From Marinilabiliaceae bacterium (GTDB lineage: Bacteria; Bacteroidota; Bacteroidia; Bacteroidales; Marinilabiliaceae), in contig WRMI01000003.1 of the NCBI GenBank assembly GCA_009777175.1, forward strand, positions 242-64,241: 64,000 bases of DNA, written 5' to 3'. The notes below the pieces were generated by a model that was not told the origin of the DNA, searched no databases, and saw nothing but the letters and a program-made list of their open reading frames with translations. Position numbers and translations under genes: made by a program. Positions 8,635 to 19,300 of the stretch are shown one piece after another; position 1 is the first letter of the stretch; every line of letters begins with the position of its first letter.

Positions 8635-8833
8635 CTTTTGCTTCTTTTAAGGCAACTTTCAAATCATTAATAAAATTTTGACGGTCGCCTCTCATTAATC
8701 GTTTGTCAAGTTCAGGACCAAGATAAAAAATATCATTATCTTCACCAATTATTTCAATGCCGACAGGAGCAGGCAAAGAGCCCATGCTATTAATCCCGAA
8801 TGCATCAGAAATATTTCTCATTATATCAATCAT
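8609..8833 (-). CDS. Hypothetical 74-aa protein, first gene of the trio
   Basis: ORF overlaps the next gene by 26 nt. No recognisable family. Confidence 0.35.
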   Translation of the reverse strand: MIDIMRNISDAFGINSMGSLPAPVGIEIIGEDNDIFYLGPELDKRLMRGDRQNFINDLKVALKEAKDEQARKTN

Positions 8834-8868
8834 AATTTCAATTTTATTTATTTTAAATTCGGATATAT

Positions 8869-9471
8869 TTACTTAAAAGTCAGCAATTTACTAATGTATT
8901 TACCTAAGATATCAAATTCAATATTGATTACCGTTCCGGGCTTAATTTGGTGAAAATTAGTCATTTCATAAGTATATGGAATAATTGCCACAGAAAAACG
9001 GTTATCTTTGCTATTGATAACTGTCAGGCTTACTCCGTTTACCGTAACGGATCCTTTTTCGACGGTCATATAACCTTGAGCGGCTTTTTCGCGGTCAATT
9101 TCATACTCGAAAGTATAGTACCAACTGCCGTCAGCTTCTTTGAGTTCGACACATGTTGCGGTTTGGTCAACATGTCCTTGTACAATGTGTCCGTCTAAAC
9201 GTCCATTCAAAAGCATACTTCGCTCAAGATTAACTTTATCGCCAACTTTCAGAAGACCCAAATTTGATTTTTCGAGCGTTTCTTTTATTGCGGTAACGGT
9301 GTGCGTATCAGCGGTTGTTTTAACGACAGTCAAACAAACTCCGTTATGCGAAACACTTTGGTCTACTTTTAATTCATCCGCAAAAGAACTTTTTAAAGTC
9401 AGATGAATATTGGCTTTTTCTTTTTCTATTGCCACAACTGTTGCGGCTTCTTCTACTATTCCTGAAAACAT
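8869..9471 (-). CDS. ribE: Riboflavin synthase alpha chain
   Basis: MFSGIVEE... N-terminus and duplicated lumazine-binding halves (GVCLTV / GVSLTV). Confidence 0.9.
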   Translation of the reverse strand: MFSGIVEEAATVVAIEKEKANIHLTLKSSFADELKVDQSVSHNGVCLTVVKTTADTHTVTAIKETLEKSNLGLLKVGDKVNLERSMLLNGRLDGHIVQGHVDQTATCVELKEADGSWYYTFEYEIDREKAAQGYMTVEKGSVTVNGVSLTVINSKDNRFSVAIIPYTYEMTNFHQIKPGTVINIEFDILGKYISKLLTFK

Positions 9472-9520
9472 AATATATTAATAATTTTACAATTTAATTT
9501 ATTCTAATTATTTATTTTAA

Positions 9521-9560
9521 CGCAAAGGCGCAAAGTTGAGAACGCAAAGAACGTTAAAAG
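9521..9560. repeat. CGCAAAG-rich fragment related to family R1
   Basis: CGCAAAGGCGCAAAGTTGAGAACGCAAAGAACG. Confidence 0.35.
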
Positions 9561-9634
9561 TTTTGGTTTTTGTAAAAACAAACAAGGTAAAAATAAGGTT
9601 AATACTAAAAACGAAAAAAATTACGAACTAAAAA

Positions 9635-9693
9635 TACTCATTCACTCATTTACTCATTCACTCATTTACTCATTCACTGAAAACTGATAACTA
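9635..9693. repeat. Microsatellite block (ACTCATTC/ACTCATTT 8-mers plus ACTGAAAACTGATAACTA)
   Basis: Same units as 1346-1604. The final CTA is the TAG stop of bamA. Confidence 0.85.
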
Positions 9694-12261
9694 AAATTCT
9701 TTACCCATAATAAATCTAAAATTTCCGCCTCCTGCCGAGGGCTGTCGTGGGACGGTGTCGAAGCCATATCCCCAGTCAATACCCATCATACCGAGCATTG
9801 GTAAGAAAAGCCTGATACCAAAACCGGCAGAACGTTTAAGGTCAAATGGATTGAAGTGATTAAATTCAGACCATGAATTACCTGCTTCGGCGAATAGGAG
9901 TCCCCAAATAGTTGCTGATGGCTGCAGAATAACGGGATAGCGCAATTCTAAGGTCATTTTTGAGTACATATTTCCGTCAAATGCCCATCCTGCTTGACCG
10001 TTTTCATAAACTTTGAATGTTTGTGCTGTCAAACTACTATTTTCGTATCCTCTTAAACCTATCATTTCACTTGCGTTGTAACTATAACCCGACATTCCGT
10101 CTCCGCCAAGCATATATTTTCCAAAGGGTGAGCGTTTGAATTTATTGTAATAACCCAAAAATCCATACTCAATACGTCCCATGACAACTAATTTATCTGC
10201 TCTATCTAATGCTTTGAAAAACATTGACTTAAAAGTCCATTTATGAAACTCAATTAAACGATAAAGTTCGGCGCTTGTAGCTTGCGAATAATCTTGTCTC
10301 GAAAAAAGAGAATAAGGAGGTGTAAATTCCACGCCAAGTGCAATTTCAGAACCTGTTCTTGAATAAAGTGGATTGTCGATAGAACTACGTAACAAAGTTA
10401 ATCCCAAACTAATACTATGAGACATACCGTCAGTAATTTCAGGAAAATAATACCAATTTTTCAGGTTATATCTTTGATAATTAAGTTGGGTCATTAAATA
10501 AAAATAGTCATCTGGCCACCGCAACCGCATTGAATATCCTAAGGAAACACCCGCAACTCGCATATATTTACTATCGTCATAATATCTGGAATCCATTGTA
10601 TTATACCCATAACTCCCGCCATAAGGGTTGTACATACTGTACATATTGTTGTAATAGTTGTAATTAATACCTGTTTGTCGCGAAAGATATGCCGTAACAC
10701 TCAGAGCATTAGGTTTTTTGCCTCCGAGCCATGGTTCAACAAAAGAGATGCTATAAGTTTGAAAATATCTACCTTGCGTTTGCATACGAAGTGCAAGAGT
10801 TTGCCCGTCACCCGAAGGCAAAGGTCTATAAGTAGAAAAATCGGTAACGTTTCTAATAGAAAAATTAGTAAATTTAAGTCCGAGAGATGCGATAAACATA
10901 CCACCTCCCCAGCCGCCAGATAGTTCTATTTGGTCGTTAGCTTTTTCTTCGAGGTTAAGTTCGATGTCAACAGTTCCTTTGTCGGGGTCTGGTATTGGGA
11001 CGGGATTAATTTTTTCGGGGTCGAAATGCCCTAATTGCGCTAATTCTCTAACAGAACGTATAATTGCCGAGCGGTCAAAGAGTTGTCCGGGTTTAAATCT
11101 AAGTTCGCGCCTTATAACGTGTTCGTGTGTTTTTGTATTTCCGCTGATAAAAATATGGTTAATTTCTGCTTGTACTCCTTCGTAAATACGCATTTCTAAG
11201 TCAATAGTATCGGCTTCAATCCTAATATCTACGGGCATAACGCGGCTAAATAGGTAGCCGTTGTTCATGTAATGATTAATGATGGCATCTTCGTCAATAA
11301 ATAATCTTTTTTCCAACAAAGTCTGGTTAAAAACATCTCCTTTTTTTATACGCAAAACATACGCCAAATAGTCGCTGGGATATACCGTATTTCCAACCCA
11401 CGTGATTTCACCGAAATAATATTTGATGCCCTCTTCAACTTTTATAACTATATTTACGGTATTATCTTCGTTTTTGGTAACAGAATGAGATACAATTTGT
11501 GCGTCTCTATAACCTTTTTCGTTATATTTTTCGATGATACGTTTTCTATCTTCTGCATAATTTTCTTCGACGAATTTTTTTGTACGGAAAAAATTTCGCA
11601 TCAAATGTTTTTCGTTAGTTTTTTTGGTTATTCGGTTTAATTTGCCATAAGAAAAAACTTCATTTCCTTCAAAAATAAGTGAATTAACTTTCACTTTTTC
11701 TTTTTTGTCGACATCAATATCTAAAAAAACATGATTAATTCTTGATGTATCATCTCGCTGAACGATAGAAACTTCCGTATTATAAAAACCTTTGTCAACA
11801 AAATGATTTTTAATTACTCTTTCGACTCTTGCTATTGCGTGTGGAGTAACCTGATTTCCTTTCATCATTGAGATTTTTTCTAATATTGTTTCTCGTTCTG
11901 ATTTTTTTAATCCTGTAAAATTAATTTCTGACAATCTTGGTCGTTCTTGTAAATATATATCTAACCAAACTTGTCGTCCTTCAATTTTAGTAATCGCAAT
12001 TTTCACGTCAGAAAAGAGTCCAAAGTCCCAATATTTTTTAATAGCATTTGTAATATCTTCGCCGGGAATTGAAATTTCTTGACCAACTTGCAACCCTGAC
12101 AACCCAGCGAGAATTCGTGGGTCGTTGTGCAGGTCGCCTGATACTCCTATTTCTGCAATTATCAATTTTCGGGGCTTACCGGAATAAGAAATCTCTTCGG
12201 TTTGTGCGAAATTTATGGTCGATAAACTAAATAAAAATATTGGTATTAAATATTTTAGCAT
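9691..12261 (-). CDS. bamA: Outer membrane protein assembly factor BamA
   Basis: 856 aa with a signal peptide, POTRA-like repeats, a C-terminal Omp85 barrel and a terminal aromatic residue (…GKEF). Confidence 0.9.
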   Translation of the reverse strand: MLKYLIPIFLFSLSTINFAQTEEISYSGKPRKLIIAEIGVSGDLHNDPRILAGLSGLQVGQEISIPGEDITNAIKKYWDFGLFSDVKIAITKIEGRQVWLDIYLQERPRLSEINFTGLKKSERETILEKISMMKGNQVTPHAIARVERVIKNHFVDKGFYNTEVSIVQRDDTSRINHVFLDIDVDKKEKVKVNSLIFEGNEVFSYGKLNRITKKTNEKHLMRNFFRTKKFVEENYAEDRKRIIEKYNEKGYRDAQIVSHSVTKNEDNTVNIVIKVEEGIKYYFGEITWVGNTVYPSDYLAYVLRIKKGDVFNQTLLEKRLFIDEDAIINHYMNNGYLFSRVMPVDIRIEADTIDLEMRIYEGVQAEINHIFISGNTKTHEHVIRRELRFKPGQLFDRSAIIRSVRELAQLGHFDPEKINPVPIPDPDKGTVDIELNLEEKANDQIELSGGWGGGMFIASLGLKFTNFSIRNVTDFSTYRPLPSGDGQTLALRMQTQGRYFQTYSISFVEPWLGGKKPNALSVTAYLSRQTGINYNYYNNMYSMYNPYGGSYGYNTMDSRYYDDSKYMRVAGVSLGYSMRLRWPDDYFYLMTQLNYQRYNLKNWYYFPEITDGMSHSISLGLTLLRSSIDNPLYSRTGSEIALGVEFTPPYSLFSRQDYSQATSAELYRLIEFHKWTFKSMFFKALDRADKLVVMGRIEYGFLGYYNKFKRSPFGKYMLGGDGMSGYSYNASEMIGLRGYENSSLTAQTFKVYENGQAGWAFDGNMYSKMTLELRYPVILQPSATIWGLLFAEAGNSWSEFNHFNPFDLKRSAGFGIRLFLPMLGMMGIDWGYGFDTVPRQPSAGGGNFRFIMGKEF

Positions 12262-12265
12262 TTTA

Positions 12266-13009
12266 TTATAATTTTAACTGTTCACTTGTTTTTCCGAACC
12301 TACGTTCTCTTTTTTGATAGTCGAATAATGCTTCATAAAAATGTTCTTTACTAAAATCGGGCCACAAAACCTCTGTAAAGAAAAGTTCTGAGTATGCCAC
12401 TTGCCACAGCAGGAAGTTGCTTATCCGCAGTTCACCGCTGGTTCTGATTAAGAGTTCGGGATCGGGAATAGTTTTTGTTGTTAAATATTTTTGAAATAAT
12501 TGTTCGTTTATTGTATCAATTTGCAGATTTCCGTTTTTCACATCTTCTGCAATTTTTTTTGCTGCCTCTGTAATTTCCCACCGTGAACTATAACTTAATG
12601 CCAAGATAAGCGTTAATCCCGTGTTTTTTTCAGTTTTTAACATACAAAGTTCTAATTCTTTTCTTACTTTTGATGGTAAATTGTTAATATTTCCGATGGT
12701 TTTTAGTATTATATTATTGTCTAACAATGTTTTAGTCTCTTTTGTGATTGTTGAAACCAACAGGGACATCAATGCATTAATTTCTGTTTTAGGTCTGTTC
12801 CAATTTTCAGTAGAAAATACGTACAAAGTGAGGTATTGTAAACCAAGTTCTGTTGCTGCTTCTGTTATTTGATGCACCGTTTCAACTCCTTGTTTATGCC
12901 CGAACATTCTAACGGCACCCTTCTTTTTAGCCCATCGTCCGTTGCCATCCATAATAATTGCAACATGTCTGGGCATTTTTTGTATATCTAATTTTTCTTT
13001 TACAGACAT
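12266..13009 (-). CDS. uppS: Isoprenyl transferase (undecaprenyl diphosphate synthase)
   Basis: HVAIIMDGNGRWA and ELLIRTSGELRISNFLLWQ motifs. The start is taken at the ATG giving MSVKEK; the ORF could extend to 13042. Confidence 0.9.
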   Translation of the reverse strand: MSVKEKLDIQKMPRHVAIIMDGNGRWAKKKGAVRMFGHKQGVETVHQITEAATELGLQYLTLYVFSTENWNRPKTEINALMSLLVSTITKETKTLLDNNIILKTIGNINNLPSKVRKELELCMLKTEKNTGLTLILALSYSSRWEITEAAKKIAEDVKNGNLQIDTINEQLFQKYLTTKTIPDPELLIRTSGELRISNFLLWQVAYSELFFTEVLWPDFSKEHFYEALFDYQKRERRFGKTSEQLKL

Positions 13010-13022
13010 AATAAATTTGTTA

Positions 13023-13766
13023 TTAATAAAATCCTGCGTCACATTTTTCGCGTTTATTAATTAGTGTGAATGAGGCATAAATAGTTACAAAAGATACCCA
13101 GTCGTTGTTATGCGACATTTTCCATTGGTTAAAACCATAAGGATCAGCAGGTTGCACAGAATTATTGAATCCTACTTTGTCTAAGTCGTCAGCAAAAGTT
13201 TTGCGAGTAGTCCATTCAATGCCCAGACGCAGATTATTTTTTAATTTCCATTTAACTCCCGCTCCAAATGGGAACGAAAATACAAAATATGGTTTTTCTT
13301 CATCATTTTCAAATCTTTTATAAAAAATTGTTCCTGCCCCAAATGATATATATGGCGCAAAATTAGTACCTTGCTTGTAGGGATGATTAAAAGAAAAGAG
13401 GTTAATTTCGAACATCAATGCAACGTCAGAAATTGTTCGATTAAACGTATAAGGTTGGTCGTTAAATTCTCGAAGTAAAACACTATTTGTAGGGTATTCT
13501 CCGTTTATTCCACCTAATAAAAATGAGCCTTTGTAGGCTAATCTGTCATTATGGATAAACCTAACAAATGCGCCAAATGCGGGCTGCATATTATAGAACT
13601 GCCTCTGCGGATTCAAATCACCGTTATACCACGAAACGCCTAACATTGGTCCTCCTTCAAGTATTGTTTGCGAATAAATTTCTCCGGCACATGATACCGA
13701 AAAAACCGTTGTTATTAAAAATATTTTTGAAATTCTTTTGCGTCTAATATATTTCATCAATGCCAA
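13023..13766 (-). CDS. DUF6089-like outer-membrane beta-barrel protein
   Basis: Signal peptide, alternating beta-strand pattern and aromatic C-terminus. The position upstream of uppS-bamA is typical of Bacteroidota. Confidence 0.55.
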   Translation of the reverse strand: MALMKYIRRKRISKIFLITTVFSVSCAGEIYSQTILEGGPMLGVSWYNGDLNPQRQFYNMQPAFGAFVRFIHNDRLAYKGSFLLGGINGEYPTNSVLLREFNDQPYTFNRTISDVALMFEINLFSFNHPYKQGTNFAPYISFGAGTIFYKRFENDEEKPYFVFSFPFGAGVKWKLKNNLRLGIEWTTRKTFADDLDKVGFNNSVQPADPYGFNQWKMSHNNDWVSFVTIYASFTLINKREKCDAGFY

Positions 13767-13854
13767 AACGCAAATATTTTATAAATATTGTTTTTATGTT
13801 AAATTTATTAAAAATTCTTAAATTTTTATTTTTTTAACTACTTCTAAAAGTATT

Positions 13855-13976
13855 CTCTACCACGAAAGACACAGAGAATGCACTAAGGGAACAAGTTGAA
13901 ATATGTTGATATTTAACACTTTGTGTCATTTGTGTAGACACTTTGTGACCTTTGTGAAAAAACTTTGTGACCTTGC
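13855..13976. repeat. Palindromic CACAAAG/CTTTGTG element (family R1), full copy
   Basis: TCTCTACCACGAAAGACACAGAG...AAGTTGAAATATGTTGATATTTAACACTTTGTGTC...CTTTGTGACCTTTGTG. The left arm is purine-motif rich and the right arm is its imperfect complement. Confidence 0.8.
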
Positions 13977-14059
13977 GATAAAACAATATATCTTTTCGGA
14001 GTGACTCTTTTTTTAATTAAAAAAATTATCATTTTGAGTTCATTTTAAGAAATTTCATT

Positions 14060-14067
14060 TATCTTTG
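14060..14067 (+). promoter_or_regulatory. -7 box TATCTTTG upstream of the amylase gene
   Basis: TAnnTTTG match 36 nt before the ATG at 14103. Confidence 0.5.
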
Positions 14068-14102
14068 CAAAAAATTAATCACAAAATCAATTCAAAATTG
14101 AA

Positions 14103-15989
14103 ATGAAAAATAACCATTTATTATTACTGCTATTACTCACTTTATGTTTTTCGTCATGTAGGGAGTCGTTAGAGGTTCTTGAAAAAACGTCTAAGGTTCC
14201 TTTTAATGATGGTATTACACGCATAAGCGACGATTCGCTTGCTTTTGTGCTTTTTGCTCCTCATAAAAATAGTGTCCACCTAATCGGTGATTTCAACAAT
14301 TGGGAAGTTTCTGATGAATTTCTATTGAAACAAGAAAATGACAGATTCTGGATTAAAATTGGAGATTTAGATCCTAATAAAGAATATGTTTGTCAATATT
14401 TTATAGATAAAACAATTCGAGTGGCTGATCCGTATGCATACAAAATTTCAGACCCGCGACACGACCGCGACATTCCTGAAACAATTTATCCAAATCTTAT
14501 ACAATATCCAACGGGTAAAACTTCACAAATTGCCATGACCGTTACCACTAAAAAGAATGATTATCCATGGAAAGTGCTAAATTTCAAAATTAATGACCCC
14601 ACTAATCTTATTATTTACGAAATTTTAATCCGAGATTTTACTGATGCGGGTAGTATCAATGCTGTTAAAGAAAAATTGCCTTATCTCAAAAAACTCGGCA
14701 TCAATGCCATCGAACTAATGCCGTTCAACGAATTTGAAGCAAACGACAGCTGGGGTTACAACCCGACATTTTATTTTGCTACCGACAAAATTTATGGCAC
14801 TGATAATGACTACAAAGCATTTATTGATGAATGTCATCTTAATAATATTGCCGTAATAATGGATATTGTTCTTAATCATTGCAAACGCGACAATCCAATG
14901 GTACGTATGTATATTGATAATGCGGGTGTCATAACAGAAGAAAATCCTTGGTTTAACATAGAGTCAAACTTTAAAAATCCTGATGTACGTTCTTGGGGAT
15001 ACGATTTAAATTTTGAAAGTCCTAATACACAGGCATTTGTAGATAGCATCTGTGCTTTTTGGATGCGTGAATTTAAAATTGACGGTTTCCGTTTTGATTT
15101 TACAAAAGGATTCTCAAATACTCCATATCCTGCAACTGGAAACAACAGCTGGGGAAGTGCGTATGATGCCCAACGTATCAACAATTTGAAAAGAATGTAT
15201 GACGAAATGAAAAAAAGAAACCCTAACGCTCTTTTTATTTGCGAACATTTGTCTGATAACTCCGAAGAAAAAGAATTAGCAAACCACGGCATGTTTTTGT
15301 GGGGAAATCTAAATTACAATATAAACGAAATGACAATGGGCTGGGGCGAGGAACAAGGTGGTTACGGTCCAAAAGGCGATATTTCTTGGGGCTCATACAA
15401 AGAGAGAGGCTGGAATAGTCCACATTTAGTTACATATATGGAAAGCCATGACGAAGAACGGCTTATGTATAAAAATATTCAATATGGTAAACAAATAAGC
15501 GGATATGACGTACAGCAAATTCCCGTTGGGTTACAGCGCAATGCTGCCGCAGCAGTGATTTTCTTTTCTATACCCGGACCTAAAATGATTTGGCAATTCG
15601 GTGAATTAGGTTATGATATTTCAATAGATTACGGCGGGCGACTTGGCAAAAAACCTCCTCATTGGGAATACGACGACGACCCTGATAGAAAAGCATTGTT
15701 TGATGTATATGCTAAAATGATTGAATTTAGAAAAACTAAACCTGTCTTTTCAACCACCGACTACACAATCGACCTTAAAACCAACTTTAAAACCATCATC
15801 TTAAAAACCACTAACGAAATAGTCGTTGCAATGGCAAATTTTGATGTCATAACTCGTACAAAAAGCGTAAATTTCTCAAAAGCAGGGACTTGGATAGATT
15901 ATTTTTCAGGTGATGAAATTAGTATAGGAACATCAGCAGTTGATATTTCATTGGAACCGGGAGAATATAGGTTGTATTTTAGTAAATGA
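14103..15989 (+). CDS. GH13 alpha-amylase-family lipoprotein with an N-terminal E-set/CBM48-like domain
   Basis: Lipobox LCFSSC; FAPHKNSVHLIGDFNNW (E-set); GH13 regions DIVLNH, DGFRFDFTKG and YMESHDE. Confidence 0.85.
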   Translation: MKNNHLLLLLLLTLCFSSCRESLEVLEKTSKVPFNDGITRISDDSLAFVLFAPHKNSVHLIGDFNNWEVSDEFLLKQENDRFWIKIGDLDPNKEYVCQYFIDKTIRVADPYAYKISDPRHDRDIPETIYPNLIQYPTGKTSQIAMTVTTKKNDYPWKVLNFKINDPTNLIIYEILIRDFTDAGSINAVKEKLPYLKKLGINAIELMPFNEFEANDSWGYNPTFYFATDKIYGTDNDYKAFIDECHLNNIAVIMDIVLNHCKRDNPMVRMYIDNAGVITEENPWFNIESNFKNPDVRSWGYDLNFESPNTQAFVDSICAFWMREFKIDGFRFDFTKGFSNTPYPATGNNSWGSAYDAQRINNLKRMYDEMKKRNPNALFICEHLSDNSEEKELANHGMFLWGNLNYNINEMTMGWGEEQGGYGPKGDISWGSYKERGWNSPHLVTYMESHDEERLMYKNIQYGKQISGYDVQQIPVGLQRNAAAAVIFFSIPGPKMIWQFGELGYDISIDYGGRLGKKPPHWEYDDDPDRKALFDVYAKMIEFRKTKPVFSTTDYTIDLKTNFKTIILKTTNEIVVAMANFDVITRTKSVNFSKAGTWIDYFSGDEISIGTSAVDISLEPGEYRLYFSK

Positions 15990-16328
15990 GGGAATGAGAC
16001 GGCAACTTCTTTGTAATATTGCCCATAGACTGAATTTAACCAAATTATTACAAACAATAAGCAAAATAATTTTATCATTTTCTTCATAATTTTATAAAAA
16101 CAGTACTATTTAATTGATAATAAACTTTTTAACTACTATTATATGTTAATATTAAATACGCCGAAAATAATAATAAAAAACATTTTCAAAACATTGAATA
16201 TAAGAATAATAGGAAAATAAGGAAATTTATTTTTCAGAAAAATTTGCTTTTTTTTGATTAAAAATTTGGAAATTAAAAAAACATTGTTTTACTTTGCGCT
16301 CTCTATTTATTAACTAAAAATCCTTACA

Positions 16329-19300
16329 ATGAAAAAATTTTTGATTTTAACGGGCGCACTGCTCTTGCTTTTAAGCATGACGTATGCCCAAGTGTCTAAC
16401 ATTACAAACCCTAATGCTAAGAAAGCGGGAGTTTCACTACTGCAAGTGCAAGGCGGTTCAACTTTTGGTGCTATTGACAGGACTACCCAGGTCAATGAAG
16501 ACCCTGAGTTGGCAGAAAAAATGAAAGCGGAATCTCAACAGCAGCAAACTGCGACAAGCAACGTCAGTAATCTTAGCGTGGGTAGCCATGCTAAAGATGT
16601 TAAAGCCCTTCAGCAACAACAACAAGAAGATTTAAAAAGGGCTGAAGAGGAAAAACTCCTAAAACGAACTGCAGATTTTTGTGCTGCTATTATTCCTGCA
16701 GGTACTACATATCAAGTAAGTGGTACAATTATTGACAACGAACTTGGAGTTGGCATTGAAGGTGTTTCTGTTACTCTTACAGGATACGATAATTTTTCAA
16801 CCGTTACTGATAATAATGGTGATTATATTTTCCCATTAGTTTGGGACACACACACTTATACCATAACAGCCTCAAAACCAAGATTTACAACTTATACGGG
16901 CGATGTTACTGTTAACGGAGGAGACGAAGTTTATGACATAACCCTATATGAACTTTTGTATCCTCCAACAAATGTTTTTGCAACAGAAGTAGGAACAGAC
17001 GTTGTTATTTCTTGGGAACAAACAGGACCATTGACAAGTTGCTGGCTCAACTATTGCTTATCCGACGAAGTCGTTGGAAGAATTGGTTATAGTGAAACAT
17101 CAGGCGAAGATATGACAATGGCTATTAGGTTTACACCTGAAGACTTTGCTAATATGTATCTATTTGATGGTGAAATAACCAAAGTAGCACTTGGCATTGG
17201 AACTCATATGAGTGACGTAACCACAATGGAAATCAGAATTTGGGAAGGTGGAACAGGAATTAACGATCCTGGAACATTGGTTTATATTGAACCAATTACA
17301 AATTTCACTACTTTTGCGGAAGAAACCATGGTAGAAATTAATTTAACTACTCCATGGCAAATTGACCCATCAAAAGAACTCAGAATTGGGTGGAACTTAG
17401 TTAATACATTAGGCTATCCTTTCGGTAGAGATGCTGGTCCTGCAGTAGCGCCCGGTAAGGCTGACCTTTTAATTTGTCCTGCGCTAAATAGCGGAAATTG
17501 GGTAAGTTATCTTGCGCAATATGGTTGGAATAATAATATTTCAATTAAGGCATTCGTAAGCGACGGCTCAAAAGAAGTTGAACTCGCGAGAGGGTTAGAA
17601 TCATATAATGTTTACAGATTTAAGCAAGGCGAACCCGAAAGTGCATGGACTTTAGTGGCTACTGCACTTAATGCAACAACCTTCACTGATACACAATGGG
17701 ATGTTCTACCAAGCGGTATCTACAATTGGGCAGTGAAAGCAGTTTATACGGGTGGTGGTCTATCCGAAGCAGCAATTTCTTTTATACACTTGTGTAATGG
17801 TATGCACGAAATTTCTATCGGTAGTGGTACAAACGTATTAAAAGCGCCTGTTGAAGTTTACTGGCGCAGAAGTTTCTCTCAAACCATTTATACACCTGCA
17901 GAGTTAGGTATTAATGGCGGAGAAATTAGTCAATTGACTTATACTTTCGTTGCGCCTGCAGCATCCGCAAATATTGTAGCCATACCTATTACAGTATGGA
18001 TTGCTGAAACAGACCAAGAAACGCTTTCTTCAACTAATTGGATACCATTTTCAGAATTCACAGAAGTTTTTAACGGAACGCTTGATTGGTCAGCAGCAGG
18101 AACTTATGAAGTTGTTTTTATGTTAGATGTTCCTTATCAATATACTGGTTCAGGTAATTTGGTTATTTACACACAAAGACATGATTCTGGATATGCCACA
18201 CTCTATCACGGATTTTATGGCAAAAACTCTGGATATCCGGGTAAAACAATTATCAGTTATTCTGATACCAACCCACCAAATCCTGCTAGCCCATCTACTT
18301 TGGGTACTAATATGGTAATAAACGGTTTCCCAAATGTTAATATTCTTATTAGCACCACAGGAATGGGACAAATTGAAGGTATTGTTACTAACACTAAAGG
18401 TCAAATTGTTCCAAATGCAAAGTTGACTATTGACAATATGACTCAAATAACTGACGTTGATGGTTACTATTACTTTCCATCATTGCAACCCGGAAACTAC
18501 GATATAGATGTAACAGCATTTGGACATTACCACTTTGCTGAACTTGGAGTTGTAGTTGCTGCTGATACAAAAACCACGTGTAATATGTTAATTGGCACAT
18601 TCCCCGAAGTTGTTGTTACGGGTACTGTTACCGCAAACGATGGCACAGGTCCATTGGCAAACGTTGAAGTTACCCTTATAGGTTACCAAAATTACGGTCC
18701 AGTATATACCAATGATTCAGGCGTATATATATTCCCTGCAGTATATGCAAACAATTCCTATCAATTAAATGCTAAGTTGACAGGATGGGAAAATTATAAC
18801 TGCACTCTTATTGTTGATACAACAGACCCAACAGTGTATGATATTATGTTGCCATTAAAAACCTACAAACCGAGTAATGTTGTTGCCGATAGAGCATCCG
18901 ACTGTTCTGAAGTAGTTATCACTTGGGAACCACCAGTTCCGGCATTACCATCACCCGTACAGTATATATTAGATGATGGTACATTTGAATTTGCAATGAG
19001 TATCAATCCGGGTTTCAATATATCTTTGGGCAATATATTTGAAGTAGGCGAAAGCGGTGAAGTAACAAGCGTTGAACTATTATTTGAATCTTATATAAAA
19101 GGACCACTAGATAAAACCTTAATTGCCGATATTTATGATGTAAATCGTAATTTGGTAGGTTCAAGCGAGCCATTTTTGACCTTTCCATATTTCTGGTTTG
19201 AAGTTCCTCTACCGAACGTCCCTTATACAGGTACATTCTACGCAATGTTGCGTTGGGATGGTTCTATTAATGCCCATTCTTGTTGGTTTGGTCTTGACCA

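Noticed and set aside
8222-8650. A 142-aa plus-strand ORF antisense to the DUF2335-like gene.
   Set aside because: It is Ser/Thr/Ala-rich low-complexity translation with no start context. The minus-strand reading gives a coherent helical plus 2-TM protein that is overlap-coupled to its neighbours.
9472-9690. FMN riboswitch upstream of ribE, and likewise a glycine riboswitch upstream of gcvH (6090-6228).
   Set aside because: Both leaders are AT-rich or occupied by simple repeats. I could not see the conserved GC-rich helices expected for either riboswitch class. A covariance-model scan would be needed to be certain.
15899-16087. A 62-aa minus-strand ORF with a convincing signal-peptide-like N-terminus (MKKMIKLFCLLFVIIWLNSVYGQ).
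   Set aside because: After about 30 codons it runs antisense into the 3' end of the amylase gene. At best it is a relic of a secreted-protein gene start.
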